Assembly: GCA_030141605.1 (NCBI GenBank)
Contig: JAQGDQ010000015.1
Location: 1,116,001 to 1,180,000 of the forward strand
Length of the DNA: 64,000 bases
Direction: 5' to 3'
Origin: Tubiluchus corallicola
Lineage: Eukaryota > Animalia > Priapulida
Positions 14,268 through 28,447 of this stretch are shown here, piece by piece. Every line of letters starts with the position of its first letter. Within the stretch, counting starts at the first letter, position 1. The notes under the pieces are model-generated. The model did not search any database, had not been told where the DNA came from, and worked only from the letters and a program-made list of their open reading frames with translations. Made by a program: the position numbers and the translations under genes.

Positions 14268-17200
14268 GAAAGAGATTAGATAAGGGTATGTTATAGGATT
14301 TGGACAACGTAAAGTCTGTGAGCCACTTTCATTCGTGTGGTTGTCAAGGCTAAAGTCCGGAGAACCTGTCAAATTTAGTGTTATCATTGTTACGATTCAA
14401 AATCGCCAAACTGTGATTTCTAGTGGTTGTCTCAGCATCGTGGTGTTTAGTTTTTTCAAAGTAGTGCCGTTACGGCAAGGTATCTGGTTGCCTGGACGTT
14501 TTTTTTTCGTTTTCTCTGACACAGGTATTATGTTACTGGGTTTATGCTGCTGCATTTCTATGTGGCATGCAGGGGCTTATTGTTATTTATTGGGGTTGAA
14601 AATATGAATTTAATTTCACATCGTTGTACGCCAAAGACGTGATAAACACCCTAGGTAAGTACACTTCTTCCTTTTCACACTAAATCGGCGTCTATAGCTA
14701 TAGTTACTATCGCCAATATCACATTTATTACATATTATTAGTGTAAATAATTTCTGTTTCAAAACTTATTTGTATTATTATGGTGACAGAAAATTGGCTC
14801 AATTTAAATTGGTATTGTGTTACAGCATTGGGAAACTTTTCAGTAGAGGTGGTGGAAGTTAAACAACGCAGCTAGTAAAGGGATTTATGATACCGAATAG
14901 GGGCGATTTAGTTTCTCATTTCGCACATCCGAACTTGGCTAAATGCTAAACTGATAATGGAGAGGCTTCAGTCCTGCCTCAATCATTATCTGCTATTAAG
15001 CCCTTGCCGAGCTGGAGAAAAAACACTTCAAAACGTTCACTGCTTGACTCTGACATGCAGTTTTCTCAAAAGACGCCATTAGCAAATCTTGCAGGAATGG
15101 AATTAGTTTAATTAGTGCAAATAGGTTCAAACTGCTCACCAGCTACTCGAGTGTTCTATCTGCAATCCACGCGAGACTTTAGTTTTGTTTCTAGCACGTT
15201 GGTATTTCAAGTTCAAAATTTCAGCTGCAACGCTGCTTCCGCAATGCACACCTTTTGGTGCCTATCACGGTATAATAATATAATAAACGGCACAACGTCA
15301 CAAAGTAATAATTTGTGGTTTGTTGGTGCGGTTAAGAGATGTGGTTTCACATGCTAGGCCTAGAACACTTTTCAATGGAGACGTTTTTACGTAAAACCTT
15401 GTACTTCAATGAGGTGGCGCGTATGACGGTTTTTACTTCAAATGATTTGATGCTTGGAATGCCTTTACAAAGGTAACAATTAACGATTGTGGTTATTTCA
15501 CAGGAAAAAGGCGTGCACGTCATGTGACGCAATGTCGCCATCTATTATAACTTTTATAAAGCATTTAAAAATAAAACTTCCTTGAGGAAATGCACGGTAA
15601 GTCAAAAGACGCCAAATGATGGCAGATGGCGTGATTGATGAACTTATGCTTTGATCAGTTTTGATTCTCACTGTGATAATAACAGTGTAGGCATCAATTT
15701 TTGAAATGTTCCGATTCTTACCTGCATGACTTCACAGGTGCATTGTGTTACACACCTGGATGGCAATTCAGTTGGGCAATTAATCAGTAGAATTTCGCCG
15801 GACATATCTGCTTAATGAGCATTTGATGGGATAATCGTTGTAATTATAATAGTGGTGGCCATGCTGTCTATATTGTAAAAAGAAATGTGGCCATGCAGAT
15901 TGTGCTGTGAAAAGAAATATTCTTGTAAACATTTGTTGAACACTATACTGAGGAACACAGGAACACGCATCTAGACGTTGCTTTGCTGCGGCTGCTCTAA
16001 AGTTGGTAGTTCTACAGTAACAATTGCAAGCACTGAAATTGTAGGCAAGGAAGTCACTGGTTCATAGGTCCCCGTGTTTTTGGATGTTCATTCACTAATC
16101 ATTATTACACAAGTTTATTTATACCGGCCTAGTGCTACACAGATTTTCTCTGCGTTTTTGAGAGCATACCTAGACTAGTTTGGCCAAACGTTCGCTACGA
16201 ATACATCCTAATCTGCGAGTAGCGTGTTGAGCCACATTCTTCGCGGTTACATGCAGTATGGCTACTAATTTTTTCTTTCGTTGTTTTGAATATAGAGCAG
16301 TGAGAGATACATTACACTCATATTTATGGAGGTTTTTTATCCACGAGCGCTAGGGGCGCGGATCTAGGAAAACCAATACGCTGATTCTTTTTCATCATTA
16401 TGTTAAGTATCTAGTTTTCTACTTTTTAATTTACATAAACTCCCAAACGCAGGGGTTAGAATCACGAAACTTACAGTGTATATACAGAAGTAGGGACATT
16501 GGAAGTGTAGGGGTGAACCTTGGCATCGGTCAAAAGGTAAAGCACACTGGGCACTGGTCGATTTTTCAATTGCCATTCAACTCCTACCGTGTTCCTTCTA
16601 TGAGTTACTTGCAGAGTAAATGTCACAGCTACAAGCTTAAGTAATGGTATAGTTAAAAAGCTGGAATTGTTTAAACGCTGGAAACATGTGCTAAATGTGA
16701 AAATGGGAGAATCAATTTTTAATTCATATTAATCTTTAAGCTATTATTGTAGATTATTGTAGAGCTATTGTAGATTAGACACCAAGGGTAAGGGCTTTGA
16801 GGTCGGTATGATGAGTGGTGAGCTCCGCCGAAGATTCAAGGACACTGGACATCGACCATGTTTTTTATTTTCTTTCAGCCCCACTCAATTTTTGTGAGTT
16901 TTGAGAGATAAAAATTGTTTCATGTATATTATAAGGTAGATATACGTACCTCGGCTTTCAAAAAGTTAGGATTTCCAAGGGCGCAAATAGGAGACAAAAT
17001 GCACAACATTGAATAACTTTAAAACTACAGTAATTAGAGTCGCGAAGCCTATACGGCAGATACTTGGAGTAAGCAGTTACGGTTAGAGAACTTGGAATCG
17101 TTTAAATGGCCCGAAATAGGAGCCGAAATGTGAAAACTATGTCAGTGAGTTTTAATTCATGTTAACTCGCAACACAGAGTTAAATGATAAAACTGTCATG

Positions 17201-20200
17201 CTCGAAATGGAATTGTTTCAGGATTGAGGTAGGGGTCGCAAGTGAGGCAGGAGTCCAAATCTGAAAATTAGGGCAAACTGCTCAATCATACAAGACTAAA
17301 TCGCACTACACCATGTATCGTCAAGTGATAATTAGTCAGGAGCACTGTGCACACTGATTAGTCACACTTAAGCGTCTGCAAGGGTTGACATTTGACGTAA
17401 GTTAACCACACTCGACTAGGTATAATTCTGTGTAAATACGGTAATGGTGCTATGATCGCGGATTTGAATCTGATTTCATTCAGTCTTGTCTAAGTTAAGT
17501 TATACGTGACAGAACGAACTGAAAGAACTGAAATTATTCTTTGAACCGCTTAATTTTTAATGGCTTATTTAGGCATTTAGGCCTTACTAACTCTTTAATC
17601 AGTCAATATTGTAACTGAAGATATTTGCCACTGAATATACAAACGTTCAATGCATACCTGTTTAAAACAAAAATTATTCAATATTATTGATCCTAGTAAT
17701 TATTTTAGCAGTGTATGCTATAATTTTAAGTCTAAACTGGTTTAATTTGTTCAAACTTGTATGCAGTATATTTCTTGTTTTAACGACTAACCCCTGGGCC
17801 GCCTGCATGGCAGGTTTTTCGGCAATCAATGAACTGCAATTAGGGTTAACACTTTCTCTCGAAAAACAGGTGCGTGCTGTGCAATCCAGGTGAACTTTTA
17901 AAATAATTATAGGTGTGTCCTAAAAATTGCACCTGCTAAAGCTAACTGCGTCAACCCTTTCCCTGTATCGTCAATTACTATTAATGGGGCACTATGTAAT
18001 TAAAAACTGCGTTTACAAAGTCAGAAAAATTTATAGGCTAGCAGACAAAACCGTAAAAGATTTATGTAGAGTTTGTGACAGTTAACAATAAATTATTTTT
18101 ATTTTGTTTATATAAAAACCCGTGTTTTTTAAAAATTCAGCTAAAAACAATGTCGATTATCTGCACTTTTTCGCATAGTCCACGTGCACCGTTATATATA
18201 TATACATGTACTGGTTAGTTTAGTCGTTTTTGTTGTGTAATTTTGTCGTTATACTTACTGCAAAATTGTCGCGTTTGGTATTCTATTTGCGCGCCAAGAA
18301 CAAGACTGAACAAGACCACGCCAGCTTTAAACAAAAAACTAAAAGAACGACGTGATTTTCAATTTTTCCTCTTCATAGTCATCATATTATATTATTGGTT
18401 TGGGGTAGTAAGAAAACAACCCCAAAAATGTTTCAAATTTGGCACACTCTCGGTTCTTTTTCAAAAACGATATTCCTGCGTGCGTCATTCATGTAATTTC
18501 TGTCAAGCACTTTTCTGTTGCTCCGTGTCGTTTCAGGGTTAGACTTGCCCCCGGGAAGCTAAAGCTGGGGTAAAACCAATGAATACTCACACTGGTTTAT
18601 GGCACTTCATCTAAATGAGGATGCCTTCATTCATCTTTTGTACCCCAAATATTTATAGGCCGTCATTACAGGGCTCAGCTAGCATGGAACAGTAGAACAT
18701 GTAACGGTTTCCGATTTATGCTAATTACTCTATAATCATCAACTGTATAGGGATCCGAGGCTGTGTTACATTACTATTATTGTGAATTTGTGATTGTAGG
18801 AGTAACTGCTAATTTTTTAATTCATGCATTAATTTTGTTGCTCGGATTATTGTGTAAAATTATATGTTTGATTAATTATTACTGGTTTGTTGACATCAGG
18901 ATACTCTACTTTCATCATAATAATAAGGTAAAAATAGTTTGAAATTGATCTTCTGCATCTGGTTAACACTCCTATTCTTACACTTATTGACAGTATTTTT
19001 ACATTTCTATTTTCACAACTGATTGTTATATGTAGTTAGTAGTACGTAATACGTGTGCAGTGAGTATGTAGTAACCTATGCACAGAGAGACCTTGACATT
19101 AAGGTCGATTTACTGGTCAGATGTTATTGCTAATTTACTATACTTGCTGTTAAAAGTTTTCTCCAAAATGTGTTTTCTAATATTAATCTTCAAAATATTG
19201 CAATAAATTTCTGGTTTGTTTAATATGTGCGATAGCTGGGTCCTAGTACTAGAAGTTTTTTTCTTGCACGTTAAAGCTTTTTTGCTTCAACATGAACAAT
19301 GCTGATTAGTGGACAAGGTCAGTTGGAGTTTTATTCACAGAACAAACAAACTCAAAGATGTTTGACAACAGTGACCTGAAAAGCCAGTGTAATCTCTGTG
19401 TACACACTTCCTCAACTTTGAAATATTACAATCAACCTATTATAGGTTGATCAGAAATCTTTTCATGCTGTGATAAATATTAGAATAAACAAAAACGACA
19501 TTGATATTGTGCCTTGCGGGATGATATCATGGACAATGCAATAATTATACATTTGAATACATACTTGCTTATTTTTAAATAGAGGGCTTAAATAAAGCGT
19601 ATTTAACATCAACAGAGTCAATACTTTTTAGTCACAACTTGTTTTAAATAATTTGATTGTGACTTCTTTACACAACCCGCACGCTACATTCTGTTTCATG
19701 CCACTGTAGCACCCCATAAAATATTTGCTTACTAGGCATTTTATTTTCTTACTATCACTCTTCTCGTCATTGAGCATCTTTGTGCTTATAAATCAAATCT
19801 ATAAGTCTAAAATTATAAAATTTAATGTCCCTTCGTAATACCTTATTATGCTGTCTTGTTTTCGTGTTCATTTTGCACGAAAGTTTGTCCTTTTCATAAC
19901 GAATCTACTAGATAGGTAGTAGAGGTCTGAAATGTAACAATTAATGGATTTTCTTCCGAGGAAATTGTAGACGATGTGCAATTAATTGTTGCCTTGAATT
20001 TTGAGTCTTTCTATATACTGAGCAGTTTTGCATGTATGAACACAATAAACAACTACAAGCTTTAATAGGGAACTGCATCATTCGCAGTAATTTTTATATT
20101 TTCATTATTTGATGACCTAATTTCAAAGATTTACCAACTTTGCCTGTGACTGTTATAGTGGCGTCAATGTATTTTGACTTATTTTATGGAAAATATGATG

Positions 20201-23200
20201 GGTATATGTATCAAATTTTCTATTAATTTCAGCAGAAAAATCATAGCCTTGGTAATTTGAAAGATAAAAATTACGAAGGTTTTGAACGATTGAAAGACTA
20301 GTGTTTGAGAAACTTCGAATTACCTTTTTTATACGAATCTTATTTTTGTTATGTAATCAAGTAGCATAAAAATTAAATGTAGTGTATGAGGTCGTTTTGA
20401 TGTCGGGAAAGTGATAGCTCTACGCTGGTTATATTCCTTGTGCATATTTTATGGTTATACTTTATGTAGTTGAGCCCTTTTTCGAGGAGTTGGGCACATG
20501 GCCGCGGGTATGAAATAGACAAATTATTGGTAGCACCATCTCACTTAACCCGCTTCGTAGTAATCCACATAATTGCAGCCTAATTTTGATGATTTTAATC
20601 AGTCTGGATAACCTTTAGTGACTCGTATCTATAGAATCACACATCAACATAGCAACCATTTGCGTATTTTATCGCTCGATTTCTATAGAAAATGGTGCAC
20701 TTTCGCACTGAAAGGTCGGATTGGAGCTGTATTACACTATATTGTGTGCAATTGTGGCTTTGTATACGGCTTTCAATAAGCCACGAGTCGTTCGAAAATG
20801 ACATACCCAATTTTTTAAGGTAGAATAGACAACTTTCATCATCTGAACTTGAATGGTATATTCTTCCAGAGTTCTTTCAGAGTAAAAAAATCTTGTTTTT
20901 AGGCCTCCTTTTGTTGCGTTTTTAAAACCGTTGGACTTGTCAGGCATGAGGAAATTTATTATAAGCGATAATTAACCGCGGACAGTAATTTTTAAATTCA
21001 GTAGATTTCTGTTGATTAAATTTTGAAGGTACTGAGTACTGATGAGTTTTAGTATGAAGTAAAACAGTTTATGATGTGTATTGCCTTAACAAGCCTGTAG
21101 TTATTTTGATTCGATTTGTTCAGTATCTCGACATTTATTGCTCAACTTCCGTACTCATTGATAGAGTTATCTATGTATCGATGTATTAATGAAAATTACT
21201 TATCTCCAAATGTTAAACTACCTGTAGTTGACGTACTAACTTACAATTGTGTGTTAGTTGCACGAAATAATATATTAAAAACTTGTTATAAGAATCTTTG
21301 ATAGTTCTTGTGGTTTATTAGTTCTGCTGAAAATTAGCCCATCACAACAATTTATGGGACTATGTACCGACTATCGCTTTATAAAATGTAGGCTTATACG
21401 TATTAATTAAACGATTTTTGGTAGTACCAAAGCTACAATGTAGTAATATTGCCAGGATAATTTATATTTTCATTTGTTTTATGGCCATAATATGAGTATT
21501 TGTTGTGTGCCTGATTGTTGAGGCTTAGCCGCTCAGGCCGTATTTCGTCTCCAGGTGTTTAGTGATCCTGAATTCGTGGCAACCAACGAATGTACTTTGA
21601 TAACCAAAATCCCGGGCTTATCGTCAGGTAATCTCTGAACAGGTGTAGCGTACCTGTAATCTATGCTAACACTTACATAAAGCATGGCCATGTGGTGCCA
21701 ACATTCAAAAATGTTACCAAAACCAACTGTTTTTCATCTGAGGTATGTTTTAAGAAGCTGCTCTGCCAGAAGGCTTATTGCAAGATCTTTTTAAACTAAA
21801 AATCCCATATTTAAGTTTCGCTTGCTATGTAAGTTAAAACAAAAATTCATCGTAATTTTACTTTCAAAAAAAACAGAGAATCAGTATCAACTACCTTTGC
21901 TTTGGGATAGTGTACATTTAGTTAGTGTAATAAGTGGTGTACAGGGTTAGATTGGCGATGCAAGTTAAGCAGACTAGCAGAGATCGGCCTAGTTAGTAAA
22001 TGGATAGGTGACTGGTTGTCAGGAAAGTCATTTCATTGTTTTGCCTAATCTGTCAGCATTAATTGTTGGATACCAGCTTACAGTGTAGTGATACTTAATA
22101 AAAGTGCGTGAAACTGTTCTGGCCTAGACGCATGAAAAAGCTTATGATTACCCAACATGTATATATGTCGATAACGAACATGTCAGTGCTGTAAAATTTA
22201 AAGACGTACTTGTCTACATCAGTATGTCTTACTTAGTATAAGTTTAGATGAATCGCGATTGTTTATACATTAAAATGGCTGCTGTACAATCGATCATAGT
22301 ATTCTCAGTTTACTCTGATTTCAGAAACCGTGTTTGCAACAATTGTCATTTAAACTTAATTCTAAAAGTAAATTTATCTCAGTTTAATGAACCTTTGCAG
22401 AAAACTTGTGCGTCTTTTGTCAAAGGCTTTCTAAAGTAGATTAGCAAATAACATCTCGTATTTAACAAAACCGCGCCACGTCGGATTACAAGGGTGTTCT
22501 ATTTGATTCCCTTTCTTTGTCTTGGAATGTACTTCGAAAGCGAGCACTATAAAAAGAAACAAATAAAGACTGATTTTCAGCTTAACCGAGTGGTCATAGG
22601 TGTGCATAATTGATGCAATATTTTAATTTTTAATAATAGTCTAATTAGCAATAATTTTAGAATTTTTTTAATAATAGCTTAATTAGTTTCCTAGATTTTG
22701 CGAAACAAAAAACTATGGAAAAACACTTAAGAAAGGTATGGAATTCTTCGATGATTCCTTGAATTCTGATTTTTGAGTTGCGTATGCTACAAAATTTTCT
22801 ATCTGCTACAGTATATTTACTGATTTTACATTACCAAAAAGAAAATCATATTGTACCCGTCCTGCTTATCAACAGATAACTTTGAAGTTCCAACCAAACG
22901 AAAAAAATCTAACGAAAATGCCAACATTTGACCAACTTTTCTTCACTTTTGACTAACGTATATTTAGACATAATTATGGCTACTAATTACATTTCAGTGT
23001 TACTCTCAAGCACCGGCTAGGCCTTTTTGAATACAAGTTTTAGAATCCATAACAATCAATCGTTAAACTTACTACCTATGGTGCAAAAGTTTGGTTAAAA
23101 GTCCGCTTCATCGGCTAAGTCCGTCTTCATGTACAATGTAACAAAGTTTAGATTGTTATCTGCAAAAATAGTGAGAAAGTTTAAAGTATTTTGCCGTTTC

Positions 23201-26200
23201 TAGGTTTTAATGAATACGCAAACGAAACTCGGGGTACTCTTATTAATATGATATATGCAACTAGATTATTAAGTTAGCTTATTAATGATAATTTGTCTTT
23301 TTTATTAAAATATGATTTCAATAGGTAGAGTGTAAATTAGGTGTAAATTAAACAAGATACTTTTTCTGTGAGCTTTCTGTGAGAATTTAGATGATTTTTC
23401 AGGCTGGTAGTCGTTGCACTTGCCAGCCGTTTAACAAAGGTATCAAATCAGTTTTTGTTTCTTTTCAGCTTGTGAGAAAATAACTGAGATTCAAGCTCGA
23501 CCAATCAAAAGAGCCCAGAAAGTGGAGAATCTTCACAAATGTCTTGTGTTTCTTAAGCAGAGGAAGGTTGAATTACAAAGTATCAGTGCAGAAGGTAAGT
23601 AACTTATGTAAATTCTTTAATTAAATGTAAATTCAGAGCTCTCTCTCAGCTAGGAAATATAAACTCCTAGAGAGGCCGTGGATTATAGTGGCGCAGCGCC
23701 ATCTTATGTATTGTTAGCTAAATATTTTGCAGTCACTTGAACTTTAAAGTTCGTTAAACGCACGTGAAGCGTTCCGCAAGTTGTCATCGACTTGCTTTCT
23801 TGTAAAAACTTTTGACAAATTGCCGTTTGTGCTTATTTTGCCCTAAAGCCTCCGAACCATTAAGCATGTAATCCGAGCTTTACCTTTCTGGCAAACTTTA
23901 AAATTCTCCATTCACAACATCGGGAAGCATTAACCACTACAGAAATCTGTCAAAACTGACGAGGGCCTAAAAGTGAGCCGGAATAATGGCATCTAACTTG
24001 GCGCTAAAAGTTATAATACTGTTTTCCTGCATATTGCGAGTATTTAATGTCTGGAGGCTATTCGGGACGAACAAATACCCGTATAATGCTGGCAATGCAG
24101 AGGAAGAAAGAGAGAAAGAGGACTAAAGACTGCCCTAAACTACTCGCGGTTGACACACAATGCATCAACGGTTGCAAAGTGAATAATATTAGCGGTGCGA
24201 GTTTTACCGAACAATGAAGGCATTTTTATGCCAAAAAATCTGCTGTAAAAGTGTTGACTTTCTAAAGCAAACAGCTAGTGTCACTTGCGCAAGTAACAGG
24301 TTAAGGAGATCTATCAACTTGAAGTTCACTTAATTTTCTCTGAAAGAGTGTTTACTTTTCTGCGGAATACATTCTTGAATGTAAACGTAATGTCATTTTT
24401 ACAAATGAAGACAACAATATGATTAACTGAATGTTTACAATGCGTTGATGGCTATCTAAGAGACTGTTATTGGCAATCTTGAATTGTGGGTTAGTAATTT
24501 TATTTGTGTGAAATCAAGATTTTTTTATTTTTATGACTTTCACTGAGTAGATTTAAGCTTTGATTTGTGTTCGCTATATGGATGTAGCAGCAATAATTAT
24601 TTAGTAATTATACTATAATGAGTAGTGCTTAAAACTGCAGCCTATTGATAAAATTTTCAATTACGATTACGATTACATCGATTATATTCATAGAAATACT
24701 GATTATTTTTACAGATTTAGCAGATGGTAACTTGCAAGCTACGCTTAACCTGTTGTATAACGTCAGAATGATCTACGATGTAAGTACAAAATTAAATTGA
24801 CAATAATTTAGCGCGTGCATCATTTACACAATTACTGTGGCAAAGCTGTACTGAGCTCAATTGTAACATTGTTTTTGTTTTTACAGCCTATGTATAATGC
24901 AACCCAGCACCATCGGGAGTACACGCCTTCCCATGAACCTCCGCCTTACCAGGAAGCCGTCCAGAGACTAGCTAAAATAAACGGTAATGTCAACGCCACC
25001 AAACGTCTAGAAAAATTATTAGGAGAGGACCAGGTGCTTCCCCCAAATGAGGACAGGAGCTCACCAGATTCAGGGATGGGTGAGTAGCCCACTGAGTGGT
25101 TTCATTGTAAAAGTAACAAGAATGTCCCAGATTGCGAGTATTCCCACTTTCACATAATTTAGTTCGTGCGGGACGTTTCGTGTGCTAACATTATAACAAA
25201 ACTGTCAAAAACGTACGTCTTTCTTTTCTAGAGAGCACACCAAAATCAGGAAACAGTGAAAATATAATTCCGGGAACTGTACCAAATCACGATAAGATTG
25301 ATCCTGGGAAGAACTTTAATCAGGTAAATTAATCGGTGATCATAAAATAATTAAAAATATTAGACTACGTGGTCCTTACATGCAACCTAGATCTAAGCGC
25401 AGCGATCTGCTGTTTTTATATAACAAAAATTTCGACATAAGTTGCATATTGTTGCTGTCATAGACAATTATTACACTACGTAATCAGTGTAAAGCCAAGA
25501 TGATAGCTCTGTTTTTTACTTTCTTTTGAATAACTTGGGAATATTTGAGAATATCATCATTATTTTTATTTAATTACAATATTACAATCGCTATCAATTA
25601 TTATATATTTATTTTCTGGTTTTAGTTGAATATGGTCAATGGAAGTAGGGCACATAATAACTTGGATGACGAGACTAGATTCGATGTACGTATAATATGG
25701 TTTTAACTTCCCTTTAATTAGTTTAGCCAGCTTGCCTACAAATTAAAGTTTACAATTAAAATTATCACATATTTGCATAAATTATTTTTGTAGAAATCTT
25801 ACCTGTTAATTGTTGCAAACTTGTTATATAGCAGTAATGTTGTAATTTAAATAAATTAATCTTTAACTCTGTCTACTCTCTGTCACTTTTGCTAGGCCCT
25901 AGACCTATGAAAGTATAACACGTCTAATTTGAAAATGACTTTTTATGATCAGTCACATCTTACTGGGTTAAAAATACCTATAAGTAGTTAGACTATTTGC
26001 TATGAGCACTACTAATGAAGTTATGTAATAGTTAGCCTCTTTTCTACCGCTTTTATGTTAGTAATGTTTTATGAAGCGTTATTCGATAATATTTCTACCC
26101 AGTTGTAAAATCAGATACTTTGAGCCAAATTTCGTACAAATATGTAACAGGTAAAGAGCAAACTTTCTGAGCGGTAAAGTTTGCCTACGTTAATAAGCTT

Positions 26201-28396
26201 GTGTACACTCCTTACTTTAATTTAATGTGTTTTCATCCAGTTTTTTGTTAACCTCTATGCGTTAAGTGAGCTACCATGTTTTGATAATTAAGTTTTTTGC
26301 ACCATTTACAAGGAACAGCAGGCTACGGTTATTTAGAAATGGTCGTCGAGATTTTTATTGTGACATTATTAACAAGGTACGGGTTAAAAGACCTTGAATT
26401 TTTGAGGTTCCAACAAAATATGAATTATTATATAATAGGATTATATAATCCATTTTTTCATTCAATTCTAGATGGCCCTGCTACTAAGTACTAACTTAAG
26501 TTCTTGTATATCAGTAGATTGAAGATTCTAGTACCTATAACATTAAAAGATTTGTTTTTACAATAGTTAGGCAACTAACAGCAAATCGTTTTTGTTTGAA
26601 CTAAAGTGCACTAGCTAGCTTTACTAGTTCAGTAGTCTATAGTAGATGGAGGCACAGGGTTGTGGGAGTTTGAAATGTATTATGCAATGTTCATAGTCGC
26701 CGGTGCCATCTATTGGCAGAAAAGGAAGTATAATGTGGACCCTTTTTAACATATGCCTTGAGGCGCGTAACATCACATTGAATATAGTAATTCAGTAAGT
26801 CTGAATAATTATTTGCTAATTGCAAAATAAATCAGACTTCAGATACCTATGCTAGATTACCTATTGTATGTATCGTATCAATTTATCTTAGAAATGCCCA
26901 ATTATGAAATTAGAACAGCATGTCAGAAAGGATTATCTATAGTGACATTAAGCTGTTAAAATGGATCAATCGTATAATTATGGGCTTTTCATACAACCGC
27001 ATCGAAACTGTGTGCATACTTACTGTGTGAACTTCGTAGTGTTATAGAAAAATATTAGCTCCAATAACTAACTGAACTGGACAGGTGAGATTCATGAATA
27101 AAACTAATCGATATTTTAATTTGGACTAAAAAGTAAAAAGCTTTATCGTAAGAACAAACTTATGATTTGTCATTATTATAATTAGGCCCGCACGTAATGT
27201 TATTCAGCTTAATGTTATAATATAGAATTTAGCAACTGCCTATACAAAAAGCGTTTGAAAAATACATTTTTAGCTTTTATTTTTATTATAAGTTATAATG
27301 CAAACGTGCTTGACTTTCGGATTTAAATATATGGAATATATTTTTTATTCTTACTAAAATATGATCAACTTGGAATTTTAATAGTCTGCATACCAACATG
27401 CACGAGTATATCGACATGAAGTATATCCGTTGCATTTAACAGAAGTCACAATATTATGATATATTGCATTATCCCAGATTTAATTGTATTATAAACATCA
27501 TGCAACGTTCGTTGTATTTATACTCATGATAGCGAGTCTTTGACGCATTGTGTTCTTATTCTTTGTCCTTTAGGAATTTGTTGAAGGCAGCGCATTTCGT
27601 GGCTTGAGGGAGTTAATAAAATGACGTGTTTAAATTGAAATTGCGGGGTCGAACTCATGCCGAAACGCCTTAATTACATGTTCTGCATAAGACAGTATAA
27701 CTGTTGTTATGATACCGAACGTTCAAGCGTGAGACCTGTATGACTTGACTTTAGAATTGTGACAGAGGAGCCTTTGGTGTGGTCGTGTTGGGGTTACTAA
27801 CCGAGCGCGAGATGTAAATCTTTAATATAAGTAATACATCTCTAAACTGGAGCGTTTTTATGATACTTCTGAAAAATTTATGAATTTGTGCAGATAGCGT
27901 GTTCAATTCTTTATGCTTAAATTAAATCATAATTATTCTTGATAATTATATCTGTACTGCAAATTTTTAGTTAGTTTCAAGCGAATTATTATTTCTGGCA
28001 AAGTTCACAACTATCTTTGAATTTAGCAAGCTACGAAGATGCCTGGCCGGTCGGATCCTATTGAAACTCGATTGCAGTATTTATTTAACCATCATAATAG
28101 CATGGCTTTACAGCGTGCAGAACAGGTAAGATAATTCATTTAACTTTATCAATATTACGTAGAAATAACAGCAATGGAATCAGATATTGCGAAAACATCA
28201 CGAACATGCGTTAGGTTTCACTAAACCTTGTTAAGTTAGACTTCTGTTCAATTATAATTTTTGCCTCTGCAGTAGTATTGGATGTTTGTTTTAATAATAG
28301 GCAAAGCATAAGGACTATTTAGCAGTAGAACAGTTATATATATATATATATACGTATATATATATGTATATATATATATATATGTATATATATATG

Positions 28397-28447
<51 letters not shown>

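Noticed and set aside
16808-16870. Intronic C/D snoRNA (ATGATGA box C)
   Set aside because: No suitably placed CTGA box D or terminal stem; it lies inside a probable repeat.
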